Source of the DNA: a virus
Lineage: Duplodnaviria > Caudoviricetes
Virus record (IMG/VR): IMGVR_UViG_3300025128_000048
Span: 1 to 55,873 of that record
DNA: 55,873 nt
Direction: 5' to 3' (one strand)
How positions within the stretch are numbered: the first letter of the stretch is position 1; each line of letters opens with the position of its first letter. Made by a program: the position numbers and the translations under genes. Of the stretch, positions 1 through 7,789 are shown piece after piece. The notes beneath the pieces were generated by a model. It searched no databases. It worked only from the letters and a program-made list of their open reading frames with translations, and was not told the origin of the DNA.

Positions 1-127
1 AGATTATCTACATACTTTGCTATATCGCCTATATCGTTGGCGGTATTAATGGTAGACTTAATACCATCTACGGCACTCTTCACCAGTGCGATACCCGCAA
101 GGGTTTCTGCAATCATCTCTGTTCCTC
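1..127. repeat. Exact 127-bp copy of 54945-55071 (circular overlap)
   Basis: Base-by-base identity ends after position 127 (t128 vs a55072); diverged homology continues to about 930. Confidence 0.95.
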
Positions 128-151
128 TTTGATTGGTTAATTGTCATATCT

Positions 152-1234
152 TTACGCTGCCAGTGCGGGATTACTAGCATCTACCTGCATCCATTTAGAC
201 CACTCATTGTAGTAGTGACGCATACCTACTTCATCGTGGATTGTACTATTCTCATGCCTACCATGCAAGATGTTACGGGGTTCTGTACCTTCTCGCATTG
301 TAGTACCTTGACCTGCGACACCAAGCAGGTCTTCATGTAAGTTTCTACCAAACGGTCCCCATATGGAGTTATGGTGTTTGATACGTGTCTGTCTTTCTTC
401 TTCTGTGTCCCTACGCAAGCCATAGCCACGGAACTCAATCAATACTTTGTTTGGTCCTAGTGGTGTTACGCTGTCACTGCGATAGGCACTGCCGCGTAGG
501 TTAAAGTTGTAACCGGGGAATAGGTCAACCATGTACCACTGGTTGGGCGGCAGATTGGGAAAAGATAACTCCCCCCTATCTTCAAATCCGTCATACTCTT
601 CATAGTTAACAGTAAAGCTGCTGACGTTAACATGACCATTATCAAAAGGAATATTCTTTCTAGCGAAATACTCATCGTTGAAACCTGACACACGATTAAA
701 ATAATGCATAAAGTCGTGATAGAACTCTGAATTAGTATCGTGCCACAATTTGTAGTTTGTGTCTATGACAGCTTTGTGATAGTGAAATACTTCTAGTTCT
801 TCTGCGTCAATGGCATCTGCAATACAGTCAAATGCGCCGCATGTCCACTCTTCTACACTTTGCGTTGGATTAGGGTCTAGTGTAACCCAGATCATACCAC
901 CGTGTTTTACTTCGCTATGCAGAGGTGTTTCTACGGTAGCAAAATCATAGGTAATATTTCCAGCAGGTTTACGATGGTCAATATCGTTAGTATTATAATA
1001 AGCCTGAACATTCTCACCATCTATGTTTATTGCAATAACTCTTTTGCCAGCAATTCTTGTAGTCCTGTAGTCACCCTTGTTTCGCATCTCACTGATGTGG
1101 CACATAGGCACCCATACTTTAGAAAAGATATTTTCTTGTTCCTGTTCATATAAACTGTAGTCAGAATATATTAAAGAGTTTATGTACTCTACTTTAGGTT
1201 TCTTTGTCCAGTCTTTATGGTTACGTGGGGGCAT
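152..1234 (-). CDS. msmA: Methanesulfonate monooxygenase hydroxylase alpha subunit-like protein (Rieske oxygenase alpha family), auxiliary metabolic gene
   Basis: N-terminal YEQEQENIFSKVWVPMCHISE; mononuclear Fe motif NYKLWHDTNSEFYHDFMH...EDL. An msmA-like gene is known from phage HMO-2011. Rieske ligands are absent. Confidence 0.8.
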   Translation of the reverse strand: MPPRNHKDWTKKPKVEYINSLIYSDYSLYEQEQENIFSKVWVPMCHISEMRNKGDYRTTRIAGKRVIAINIDGENVQAYYNTNDIDHRKPAGNITYDFATVETPLHSEVKHGGMIWVTLDPNPTQSVEEWTCGAFDCIADAIDAEELEVFHYHKAVIDTNYKLWHDTNSEFYHDFMHYFNRVSGFNDEYFARKNIPFDNGHVNVSSFTVNYEEYDGFEDRGELSFPNLPPNQWYMVDLFPGYNFNLRGSAYRSDSVTPLGPNKVLIEFRGYGLRRDTEEERQTRIKHHNSIWGPFGRNLHEDLLGVAGQGTTMREGTEPRNILHGRHENSTIHDEVGMRHYYNEWSKWMQVDASNPALAA

Positions 1235-1237
1235 AGG

Positions 1238-1444
1238 CTACTCTATAATCTCCAATATCTGACCATCTTTTACTTTAACTTTTAATTCTTTGCATGACCA
1301 TTTCTGGTCAAAGTTATTAGTTGGGCCTACATTGCGTTTTATTTTACGCCGTACAGACAGACATTCAGATAAAGATTGATAAGGAGTATACTCTACTTTT
1401 TCTCCACCCATAACTAGTAACAATACAAAAGTAAGTTCAACCAT
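1238..1444 (-). CDS. Hypothetical protein with hydrophobic N-terminus and two Cys
   Basis: Tightly packed ORF in late operon. Confidence 0.7.
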   Translation of the reverse strand: MVELTFVLLLVMGGEKVEYTPYQSLSECLSVRRKIKRNVGPTNNFDQKWSCKELKVKVKDGQILEIIE

Positions 1445-1835
1445 CGCCGTTTCTCAACTTCTCTATGTTCTCTTCTAGGTTTGTAATGCGCTTTTCATAA
1501 AACTCTAGCGTTAGCTTTTGCTGCTGATCGTATGGAGCTTTACCACCCTCAATATCTGTCTGCAACTTTTCTAGTTCACTAGCCAAATGCTCAATGAGCA
1601 TAAACTGCTCACTGTCTGCTGGTAAGCTACCCATCTCGCCGCGAGGCCACTTTATACGAAACTCTGTGTTTTGTCCTAAATCAGCTTGCATCATAGTGAT
1701 GTTAGTTTCCATCTGATTTAGTCTTTCTATAATACCAAAGTATGCCCAAGTTGCCACAGACGCTGCAACTACCATGCTTAGTATGTTACGTAATGGTAGC
1801 GCAACTTCTGTGTTTTCGTTTAGTTTTGTAGGCAT
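1437..1835 (-). CDS. Hypothetical membrane-anchored coiled-coil protein
   Basis: One TM segment followed by coiled-coil; TAATG coupling with upstream gene. Confidence 0.75.
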   Translation of the reverse strand: MPTKLNENTEVALPLRNILSMVVAASVATWAYFGIIERLNQMETNITMMQADLGQNTEFRIKWPRGEMGSLPADSEQFMLIEHLASELEKLQTDIEGGKAPYDQQQKLTLEFYEKRITNLEENIEKLRNGDG

Positions 1836-2023
1836 TAGCTTCTATAACCGCCACCTTTGGCTTTATATTGTTTTGCAAGCATCTGAGCTTTTCTAGCACT
1901 CCACTGACCTGCACCACCACCTTTAGTGCCAGCCTTGATGCGGTTAAATAAATTCTTCCGCATCGTAGGCTTGGTGTAGTTTCCGGCTTTGTTAACAGTG
2001 CTTTTTGGTTTATGTCCTGCCAT
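1835..2023 (-). CDS. Small basic protein, N-terminal half of a DUF5872-like family
   Basis: Motif YTKP..R....IKAG.KGG..GQWSARKAQMLA..YK..GGGY. Confidence 0.7.
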   Translation of the reverse strand: MAGHKPKSTVNKAGNYTKPTMRKNLFNRIKAGTKGGGAGQWSARKAQMLAKQYKAKGGGYRS

Positions 2024-2026
2024 AGC

Positions 2027-2404
2027 TTACTTCTTCTTTTTTGCCATACCGCCGCGCATCATTTTCTTTTTAGCCATCTTAGCCATACCGCCTCCGGCCA
2101 TACGTTTCGGCATTACACCGCCACCACGCATTTTCTTCTTAGCCATTTTAGCCATGCCACCGCCAGCCATCTTCTTTTTGGCTACGGCACCACCACGCAT
2201 CATTTTCTTCTTCTTATCCATTGTGACTCCTCCTCCGCGCATTTTCTTAATAATACCACCTTTAGCTCTACGGACTCCCTCTTCATCTACTTTGGTAAGT
2301 CCTAGCATATCAGCGATTTCGTTTTTTGAAAAACCGCCCTCACGAATCATTTTCATAAATTCAGATTCTCTAGTGGTTTTTTTATCCTTGTTGTGATTGC
2401 CCAT
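2027..2404 (-). CDS. Lys/Met/Gly-rich repeat protein, possible DNA-condensing core protein
   Basis: Repeated KKKM(R/A)GGG(M/V) units. Confidence 0.7.
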   Translation of the reverse strand: MGNHNKDKKTTRESEFMKMIREGGFSKNEIADMLGLTKVDEEGVRRAKGGIIKKMRGGGVTMDKKKKMMRGGAVAKKKMAGGGMAKMAKKKMRGGGVMPKRMAGGGMAKMAKKKMMRGGMAKKKK

Positions 2405-2921
2405 TTCTTAATCTCCTTCTGTCTAATACTAGGCTATGAAACACTTCTACTGGGAAATGTTTATAATAACCAGACTTCTCCAGACTTAATGCTGCATCGT
2501 CTAGTTTTGATAGTAGCTGCACAAACACCATGCAATATTCTAATGTCTCATCTGTGACACCATCATCTACTAAGAAATCCAGACCTGCCTCTTGTGCATC
2601 ATAGTCTGGATGAAACACCATTAGGTGCATATCTACACCTGCTATGGACATGGCTTCATTTACACCATCGCACCACCCGTCTAGGTACTCCATCTCAGGT
2701 AAGTTTTCTTCGGCCCATACAACTATATCATAGTCATGTGAAGAAAACTTTTTTATTTCGTCTGCTAATCCTTCTAGCCCAGTATTAATACTGAAGATGA
2801 CTTTATCATCTAGCCATGCTTGTTTAGCATATGGGCAAGGCGGTAGTCCATTTAGTTTCTCACTTGGAACTTCAAGAAACTCATGTGACCATTTCCGTAT
2901 ATCAGCTTCTACGGGATGCAC
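2382..2921 (-). CDS. DUF1415-like protein
   Basis: LNGLPPCPYAK and FHPD motifs; start probably GTG at 2921 rather than 3035. Confidence 0.55.
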   Translation of the reverse strand: MHPVEADIRKWSHEFLEVPSEKLNGLPPCPYAKQAWLDDKVIFSINTGLEGLADEIKKFSSHDYDIVVWAEENLPEMEYLDGWCDGVNEAMSIAGVDMHLMVFHPDYDAQEAGLDFLVDDGVTDETLEYCMVFVQLLSKLDDAALSLEKSGYYKHFPVEVFHSLVLDRRRLRNGQSQQG

Positions 2922-3204
2922 GGGTCTTTTTCTTCTGTGATTCAATGAACCTACGGTATACACTAGCTGCAGCAAATTTTCCCGCTGCTTTGGCTCGTTG
3001 TTCCATAGCGATAGCAGCTTGTGTCTTGTGAGCATGTGAACGTCCTGATGCTTTTATCTTACGCACAGATGCCTCCGCATCTTTGACTGTGGCAAACTTC
3101 AGACCTTTGATAGTACCTTTAGGGTTTTCATCCGTGTACAGGTCACTGTGTTTCTTAGACCCGGCGGGTTGGCCCTTTTTTCTTGGTATTCTTCTTAGCG
3201 ACAC
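2902..3204 (-). CDS. Conserved basic phage protein
   Basis: HSDLYTDENPKGTIKGLKF...AIAMEQRA; packed in late operon. Confidence 0.7.
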   Translation of the reverse strand: MSLRRIPRKKGQPAGSKKHSDLYTDENPKGTIKGLKFATVKDAEASVRKIKASGRSHAHKTQAAIAMEQRAKAAGKFAAASVYRRFIESQKKKTRASRRS

Positions 3205-3304
3205 TTGGTAACAATCCTTTGTTTACTGCTCTTGCTCTTTCACTGAAGCCTAACTTTTGGCCTGAACGTATCTTACGTTTTATTGTGGATACTTTAGCAA
3301 CCAT
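3155..3304 (-). CDS. Small basic protein (49 aa, not in ORF track)
   Basis: Reads MVAKVSTIKRKIRSGQKLGFSERARAVNKGLLPSVAKKNTKKKGPTRRV; TAATG coupling; fills a gap. Confidence 0.6.
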   Translation of the reverse strand: MVAKVSTIKRKIRSGQKLGFSERARAVNKGLLPSVAKKNTKKKGPTRRV

Positions 3305-3525
3305 TATTTTTTTAGAATCTTTTTAACTACGTCTGGTCTTTCTTTAGCTAATGCTTTTAATCCGGGGTTTAAATTTTCTGTAACCAATGCACCTTCGTTA
3401 AGATACATATGCTTCTTTCCATTAGCCATGCCACCCATAGCCATTTTCATTGGACCTTTGCCCTTTTTCATTTCAGCCATACCTACAGATATAGCAATTA
3501 CGGGGACTTTTTTCTTCTTAGTCAT
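3304..3525 (-). CDS. Small basic protein with MAMGGM motif
   Basis: Coupled ORF. Confidence 0.7.
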   Translation of the reverse strand: MTKKKKVPVIAISVGMAEMKKGKGPMKMAMGGMANGKKHMYLNEGALVTENLNPGLKALAKERPDVVKKILKK

Positions 3526-3827
3526 TAGTATTTTCCTTTACGTGTTTTGGGGCTAGACTGTTTTGGTTTACCTGCCCCACCCCACAAGGTACGACATGCC
3601 CAATATCGTGCTGACAATATGTCACTAGCTGTATCACACTTGTGTCTGGCACGAAACGACTTACGTGCTGCAGCACTATAGTTGTGACCATAGCCTGTAG
3701 CACCAAAATGAATTAATCTGATTGTCTCACCCTTCTTGGCAAGAACCATTTTCTTTTTACCCGGACGATTAGATTTGATAGGTTTGTTATAGCCGGGAAA
3801 TGTTATGCCACGATATTTGACAGACAT
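3525..3827 (-). CDS. Conserved basic phage protein
   Basis: IHFGATGY...RKSFRARHKC...SARYWAC pattern seen in many viral proteins. Confidence 0.75.
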   Translation of the reverse strand: MSVKYRGITFPGYNKPIKSNRPGKKKMVLAKKGETIRLIHFGATGYGHNYSAAARKSFRARHKCDTASDILSARYWACRTLWGGAGKPKQSSPKTRKGKY

Positions 3828-4069
3828 TATGTAGACAACTCCTCTGTAGGTAGTTCGGGTATTTTAGGTGATTCGTTAAACATTAAAGTCATTGGACCAC
3901 AAGATGCTGCCCAATCTCTTATTTCACCTTTATCTAATCTATGCTGATGCATTTGTAGCACAGCTTCTTCTGTAGGACACTCAACTACATTTTCTGTGTA
4001 GCTTTTAAGGGTGCCATCTGGCATGACTATTACGGATAGGAATACATAAAAGGTAATAGGTATCATCAC
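3827..4069 (-). CDS. Hypothetical protein with hydrophobic N-terminus
   Basis: Coupled ORF. Confidence 0.65.
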   Translation of the reverse strand: MMIPITFYVFLSVIVMPDGTLKSYTENVVECPTEEAVLQMHQHRLDKGEIRDWAASCGPMTLMFNESPKIPELPTEELST

Positions 4070-4284
4070 TCATCTTTCTCTTTCCACCCTTCAGCCCTCA
4101 TTGCATCTTCTACGTGCTTTAAAGTAAATGAACGACCATAGTGCGCCTCTACTGCCTGTCGCACATAGAAGACATCACTGTGGGGGATATGTAAACGGTC
4201 TAATGAATTAGTACAGATAGCACGATAAAATGCTTCTAGTACATTATCTGTGTATAGTTTTACAGATTTTTTAGCCAATGTCAA
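4066..4284 (-). CDS. Hypothetical protein, first gene of the late operon
   Basis: ORF downstream of promoter at 4445-4483; start uncertain. Confidence 0.65.
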   Translation of the reverse strand: MTLAKKSVKLYTDNVLEAFYRAICTNSLDRLHIPHSDVFYVRQAVEAHYGRSFTLKHVEDAMRAEGWKEKDE

Positions 4285-4444
4285 GAACTTTCTTTTATTT
4301 AATTACAGATATAGGCAGTTAAAGTGTATTAACAAAGAAAATTTAGTATAGTCTAACTTTAAAATCCATTTAAGTGCTATAGTTAAAGAGTTTTTAAAGA
4401 ATTACTATATAGACATTTAAGTGTAATCACTTTAAGTGTGTTTA

Positions 4445-4483
4445 GTTATACATAATTATACCAGATTTTGTCAAGCCCGTCAA
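4445..4483 (-). promoter_or_regulatory. Tandem overlapping sigma70-type late promoters
   Basis: TTGACG-17-(TG.)TATAAT at 4483-4455 and TTGACA-18-TATAAC at 4474-4445. Confidence 0.75.
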
Positions 4484-4710
4484 CCCCTACTATTAAAAAA
4501 TATTAATATGCCTAATATTTAGGCAATTGCACGATACTTGAGCATATACATGGTGTCAGTTGTTCTTGTGGTTAACACTTAATTTTCCTGATCTGTGTAT
4601 TTATACATATACATATACGCATACCCCCCCGGTGGCACCTGCCCTGCCGCCTTACCGCGCCTGCATGTGCCGCATTATGCCTCTGTGTAGCGCATGGTAA
4701 GAGCCACCTT

Positions 4711-4726
4711 GGTCCAACATTGGACC
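4711..4726. promoter_or_regulatory. Palindromic box GTCCAA-N2-TTGGAC, copy 1
   Basis: GGTCCAACATTGGACC; four copies in the early region. Confidence 0.65.
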
Positions 4727-5087
4727 TAAAGCATTGAAAATGCTGTATCTTATTCCGTCAAGCCAGTTGCTTGCAACTGTTATGGTATCAGTTGCCATCC
4801 GAAGGATGAATGTTGAAGGTCAACTTTTCCAGATTGCAACGAAGTTGAAGAGTTGATGCATCTATCCTGTATAGCCAGAGCTATACACTTTCAACCACAA
4901 ACCATACCCCCTACACGTGTACGCATGATGCGCATACACACACGCGGAAAACTTCACGCCTGTTTCCCCACGCATAATGCGCAGGAGAAATCGCGCACAG
5001 TTTTTTGTTGCAATTTTCAAAACAATCGGGTTACAAAGTAAGGGTCAAACGGCACTGATGCCACAACCAACTAAACGGAGTTTAGAT

Positions 5088-5675
5088 ATGACACAGAAAA
5101 TTGTTAACGAAGTTATCGCCGCTGAGATCAACACTCTTGAAGCTGAAGGCAAAGCCTTAGCCGAAATGTGGACAACTATCTGCAAGGCAGATAAGGCTCG
5201 GTTCACCAAGTCAGTCAAGGCAGATGGCTTTGACACACGGCTTGGAAAGCTGATGCAAAAGCTGAAGGCTGAAGGCGGTGAGCGGATTTCATCCGACAGG
5301 CTGAAAGATTGCAATATCAATGGAATTGATAAACGCCGCAGAGCAGAGGCTCTCTGGTTCGTTGAAAACGAAACTGAAGCAAGGGCCTTCATCAAAGCCT
5401 CAAAGAAAGGCTTCACCAACTTGACTGCACTGCAAGCCGCAATGCGGAAAGCCGCTAAAGCGGTTGAGCCAAAAGCTGAAACCAACGAAGTTGAGCCTAA
5501 GTCCAATGTTGGACCTACCAACGAAGTTGAGGCAAAGCCAGAGGCCAAGCCAACACCAGAAGCCCTTGTGCTTGCATTGCTTACACAATGTCGTGAAAAC
5601 GACATCCCTGTTAGCGAGGTGCTTGCCATCCTTAACCAAAAGGTTAAGCCCCAAAACAAAAAGGCAGTAGCGTAA
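5088..5675 (+). CDS. First early protein, hypothetical, Ala/Lys-rich
   Basis: GGAG at 5077-5080 supports ATG 5088 (track ORF 4977-5675). Confidence 0.8.
   Translation: MTQKIVNEVIAAEINTLEAEGKALAEMWTTICKADKARFTKSVKADGFDTRLGKLMQKLKAEGGERISSDRLKDCNINGIDKRRRAEALWFVENETEARAFIKASKKGFTNLTALQAAMRKAAKAVEPKAETNEVEPKSNVGPTNEVEAKPEAKPTPEALVLALLTQCRENDIPVSEVLAILNQKVKPQNKKAVA
5501..5514. promoter_or_regulatory. Palindromic box copy 2 (intragenic)
   Basis: GTCCAATGTTGGAC flanked by two CAACGAAGTTG. Confidence 0.6.
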
Positions 5676-5721
5676 GCTACTGTCTACCCTTCCTTTCAAC
5701 TTACAATACGGAGTATTGAAA

Positions 5722-5958
5722 ATGATTATCAACGAAATTATGCATGGTTTCCTTTGCGTATTCATGTGGTGTGTAGCATTCGCATTCTTCTGTGCTGGCC
5801 TCGTGACAGCTTTGCTAATTGACCCATATACTGGCGGCATGTGCTGGTGTGTAGCATTCGTAGCTTGGGCGGCTGGCTTGGCTTTCTACGATAGCCACTT
5901 GAGACTCCGCCAAAACCGTATTCACGAAAACATTTTGAGGCAGTACAATGCAAAATAA
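5722..5958 (+). CDS. Small two-TM membrane protein
   Basis: RBS GGAG at 5710; two hydrophobic segments. Confidence 0.7.
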   Translation: MIINEIMHGFLCVFMWCVAFAFFCAGLVTALLIDPYTGGMCWCVAFVAWAAGLAFYDSHLRLRQNRIHENILRQYNAK

Positions 5959-6214
5959 AGGTGATTTATTTCAAGTCTGGAATGGTCGGGCAGACTTTGT
6001 GCCAGACCTACGGTCAAGAGCAAAGTGGGCTGGTAACAGCCCCAATGCCTACACACATGCCTATATGCCGGAGAGAAGCCTTGAGCCTCGTTGCTTTGTG
6101 ACGGGTCAAGCTGACGCGGCGCGGCAAGCGTATGAGGCACGTATACAACGTGAGGCTGACTTGCGGAAAATTGATGACGAGTTGGCGGCGTTGGCTGACC
6201 TTGACTTGCTTTGA
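5948..6214 (+). CDS. Hypothetical early protein
   Basis: Overlapping ORF in early operon. Confidence 0.65.
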   Translation: MQNKGDLFQVWNGRADFVPDLRSRAKWAGNSPNAYTHAYMPERSLEPRCFVTGQADAARQAYEARIQREADLRKIDDELAALADLDLL

Positions 6215-6220
6215 CATATA

Positions 6221-6277
6221 GTGTAACTTACGTAATAACACTTGAAACTTTGTGAAAGTGTTATTACTTAGATACAC
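6221..6277 (+). other. Long intergenic stem-loop
   Basis: GTAATAACACTT (6232-6243) pairs with AAGTGTTATTAC (6256-6267); outer GTGTA/TACAC. Confidence 0.7.
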
Positions 6278-6284
6278 TTAGCTA

Positions 6285-6298
6285 GTCCAATGTTGGAC
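6285..6298. promoter_or_regulatory. Palindromic box copy 3
   Basis: GTCCAATGTTGGAC, 20 nt upstream of ATG 6319. Confidence 0.65.
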
Positions 6299-6318
6299 CT
6301 AACCAAACGGAGTTTGAA

Positions 6319-6591
6319 ATGCAAAATCGTAAAGATGAATTGATACAAACCTTGTGGGATTTGTTCAAGGATGTGCATGGTGTACGTCCTCGTGGCATGG
6401 ACTATGACCGTTGGTCAGTGACTGACCTTGAGTGGGAAGTAGCTATGCTACAGCAATCCCTTGAGGATGACTTGCGCTGGGAGCGTGAGCAGGAAGACCG
6501 TGCAATCAATGCTTGCATGGAATTTGGTGCCAGTGACATAGCTACAGCTATGCGGTGGCTGGAAGAAGCGTATGATATGGAGTGGGTGTAA
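6319..6591 (+). CDS. Conserved small phage protein
   Basis: DLFKDVHGVRPR ... GASDIATAMRWL; good RBS. Confidence 0.8.
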   Translation: MQNRKDELIQTLWDLFKDVHGVRPRGMDYDRWSVTDLEWEVAMLQQSLEDDLRWEREQEDRAINACMEFGASDIATAMRWLEEAYDMEWV

Positions 6592-6812
6592 TGACTGACA
6601 TTGGAAAAACTTTAACTTTGCAAGGCAAAACTAGGCATGGTAAAGAACGTATTGCTACACATGGTGAGCAATGGACAGTGATGCGTGATGATGTGAATTG
6701 GCGTGGCAATCCGGCATGGGCTGTTGTATCTATGGATACGACTGACCGGGGTGACTTTAACTCACGTTTAATTTTGAAACAAAATGACCCAGACTTTGAG
6801 GTGATAACATGA
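6591..6812 (+). CDS. Hypothetical early protein
   Basis: TAATG coupling; LQGKTRHGKERI motif. Confidence 0.7.
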   Translation: MTDIGKTLTLQGKTRHGKERIATHGEQWTVMRDDVNWRGNPAWAVVSMDTTDRGDFNSRLILKQNDPDFEVIT

Positions 6813-7507
6813 CTTACCAAATCTTAGGCGTTGGCAATAATGCCAAAACAATAAAGGGTGATGGCTCAGAATACGTAACAGCTATCCGCTATCTCAAGCC
6901 GTTCAAGTCCGTGTTCAATGGCAAGGTGCATAACCTATGCGCTATGGCTGAGAAAGCGCAGTGCCATGTCGGTTGCCTCAATACGGCAGGCCGTGGTGCT
7001 ATGAACGCAGTGCAACGTGGCAGGGAACGTAAGACTATGTGGATGCTGTCTGACCCTATCAGGTTCTATGATGCCTTGAATGCTGACATCGCCACGTTCA
7101 TACGCCGCCAGCGCAAGCAGGGCACACAGCCATGCATACGGCTTGGTGGCACGGATGACAAGGGTGACGCTATCAAGCTGGCTCCAAGCTATCCTGATGC
7201 ACAGTTCTATGACTACACAAAGGTAGTCAAACGTGCCTATCAGGACTTGCCAGCCAACTACCATATCACACTGTCTTACAGTGAAGCTGATATGGACTAT
7301 GCTGACCAAGTGTATCAGGCTGTGCTTGACACTGGTGTCAACATGGCTGTGGTGTTTCGTGACAAGCTACCTGCTACGTTCCGTGGCTTGCGTGTCATTG
7401 ACGGTGACAAGGATGACTTGCGCTTCCTTGACCCGAAGGGTGTGGTCGTTGGCTTGATTGCCAAGGGCAAGGCCAAGCGTGATGACACTGGCTTTGTCAT
7501 TGACTGA
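6809..7507 (+). CDS. GP88-like (radical-SAM-related) phage protein
   Basis: Cys cluster LCAMAEKAQCHVGCLNTAGRG; IRLGGTDD; FYDYTK; DGDKDDLRFLD. Confidence 0.7.
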   Translation: MTYQILGVGNNAKTIKGDGSEYVTAIRYLKPFKSVFNGKVHNLCAMAEKAQCHVGCLNTAGRGAMNAVQRGRERKTMWMLSDPIRFYDALNADIATFIRRQRKQGTQPCIRLGGTDDKGDAIKLAPSYPDAQFYDYTKVVKRAYQDLPANYHITLSYSEADMDYADQVYQAVLDTGVNMAVVFRDKLPATFRGLRVIDGDKDDLRFLDPKGVVVGLIAKGKAKRDDTGFVID

Positions 7508-7647
7508 TGCGTATCAGACCCATCAATCCTGTGGCGAGGGCAGTGGCACAGTCACGCCGCAGGACAACCGTTGTGCCAGACAAGACCAAATACAACCGTA
7601 AAAAGGAACAAGACCGTGAAAACAAAGCACGAAAAAATGACCGCTGA
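7507..7647 (+). CDS. Small basic protein (46 aa, not in track)
   Basis: Reads MRIRPINPVARAVAQSRRRTTVVPDKTKYNRKKEQDRENKARKNDR; TGATG coupling. Confidence 0.6.
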   Translation: MRIRPINPVARAVAQSRRRTTVVPDKTKYNRKKEQDRENKARKNDR

Positions 7648-7789
7648 GTTTGACCATGACTGGAATGACGTTAGCGTATTTGAAAAGTTGCCAGTGCGTA
7701 AAACTGCTGGCAAGCGTAACGATTGGAAGCGTGACCGCAAAGCGGCTCGTAAAGCAAAGCAATTTATGCAGGAGAAAAACTATGCCTAA
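7616..7789 (+). CDS. Small basic hypothetical protein
   Basis: AAGGA upstream of GTG 7616 (track ORF 7571-7789). Confidence 0.55.
   Translation: MKTKHEKMTAEFDHDWNDVSVFEKLPVRKTAGKRNDWKRDRKAARKAKQFMQEKNYA

Noticed and set aside
1-930. Biological terminal direct repeat
   Set aside because: Only 127 bp are identical, the boundary is mid-gene, and the remainder is diverged; this fits an assembly overlap plus an allelic bubble.
5045-5659. Long antisense ORFs (also 1989-2396, 47561-48043, 52100-52612 and others)
   Set aside because: They are shadows of real genes on the opposite strand, without RBS or motifs.
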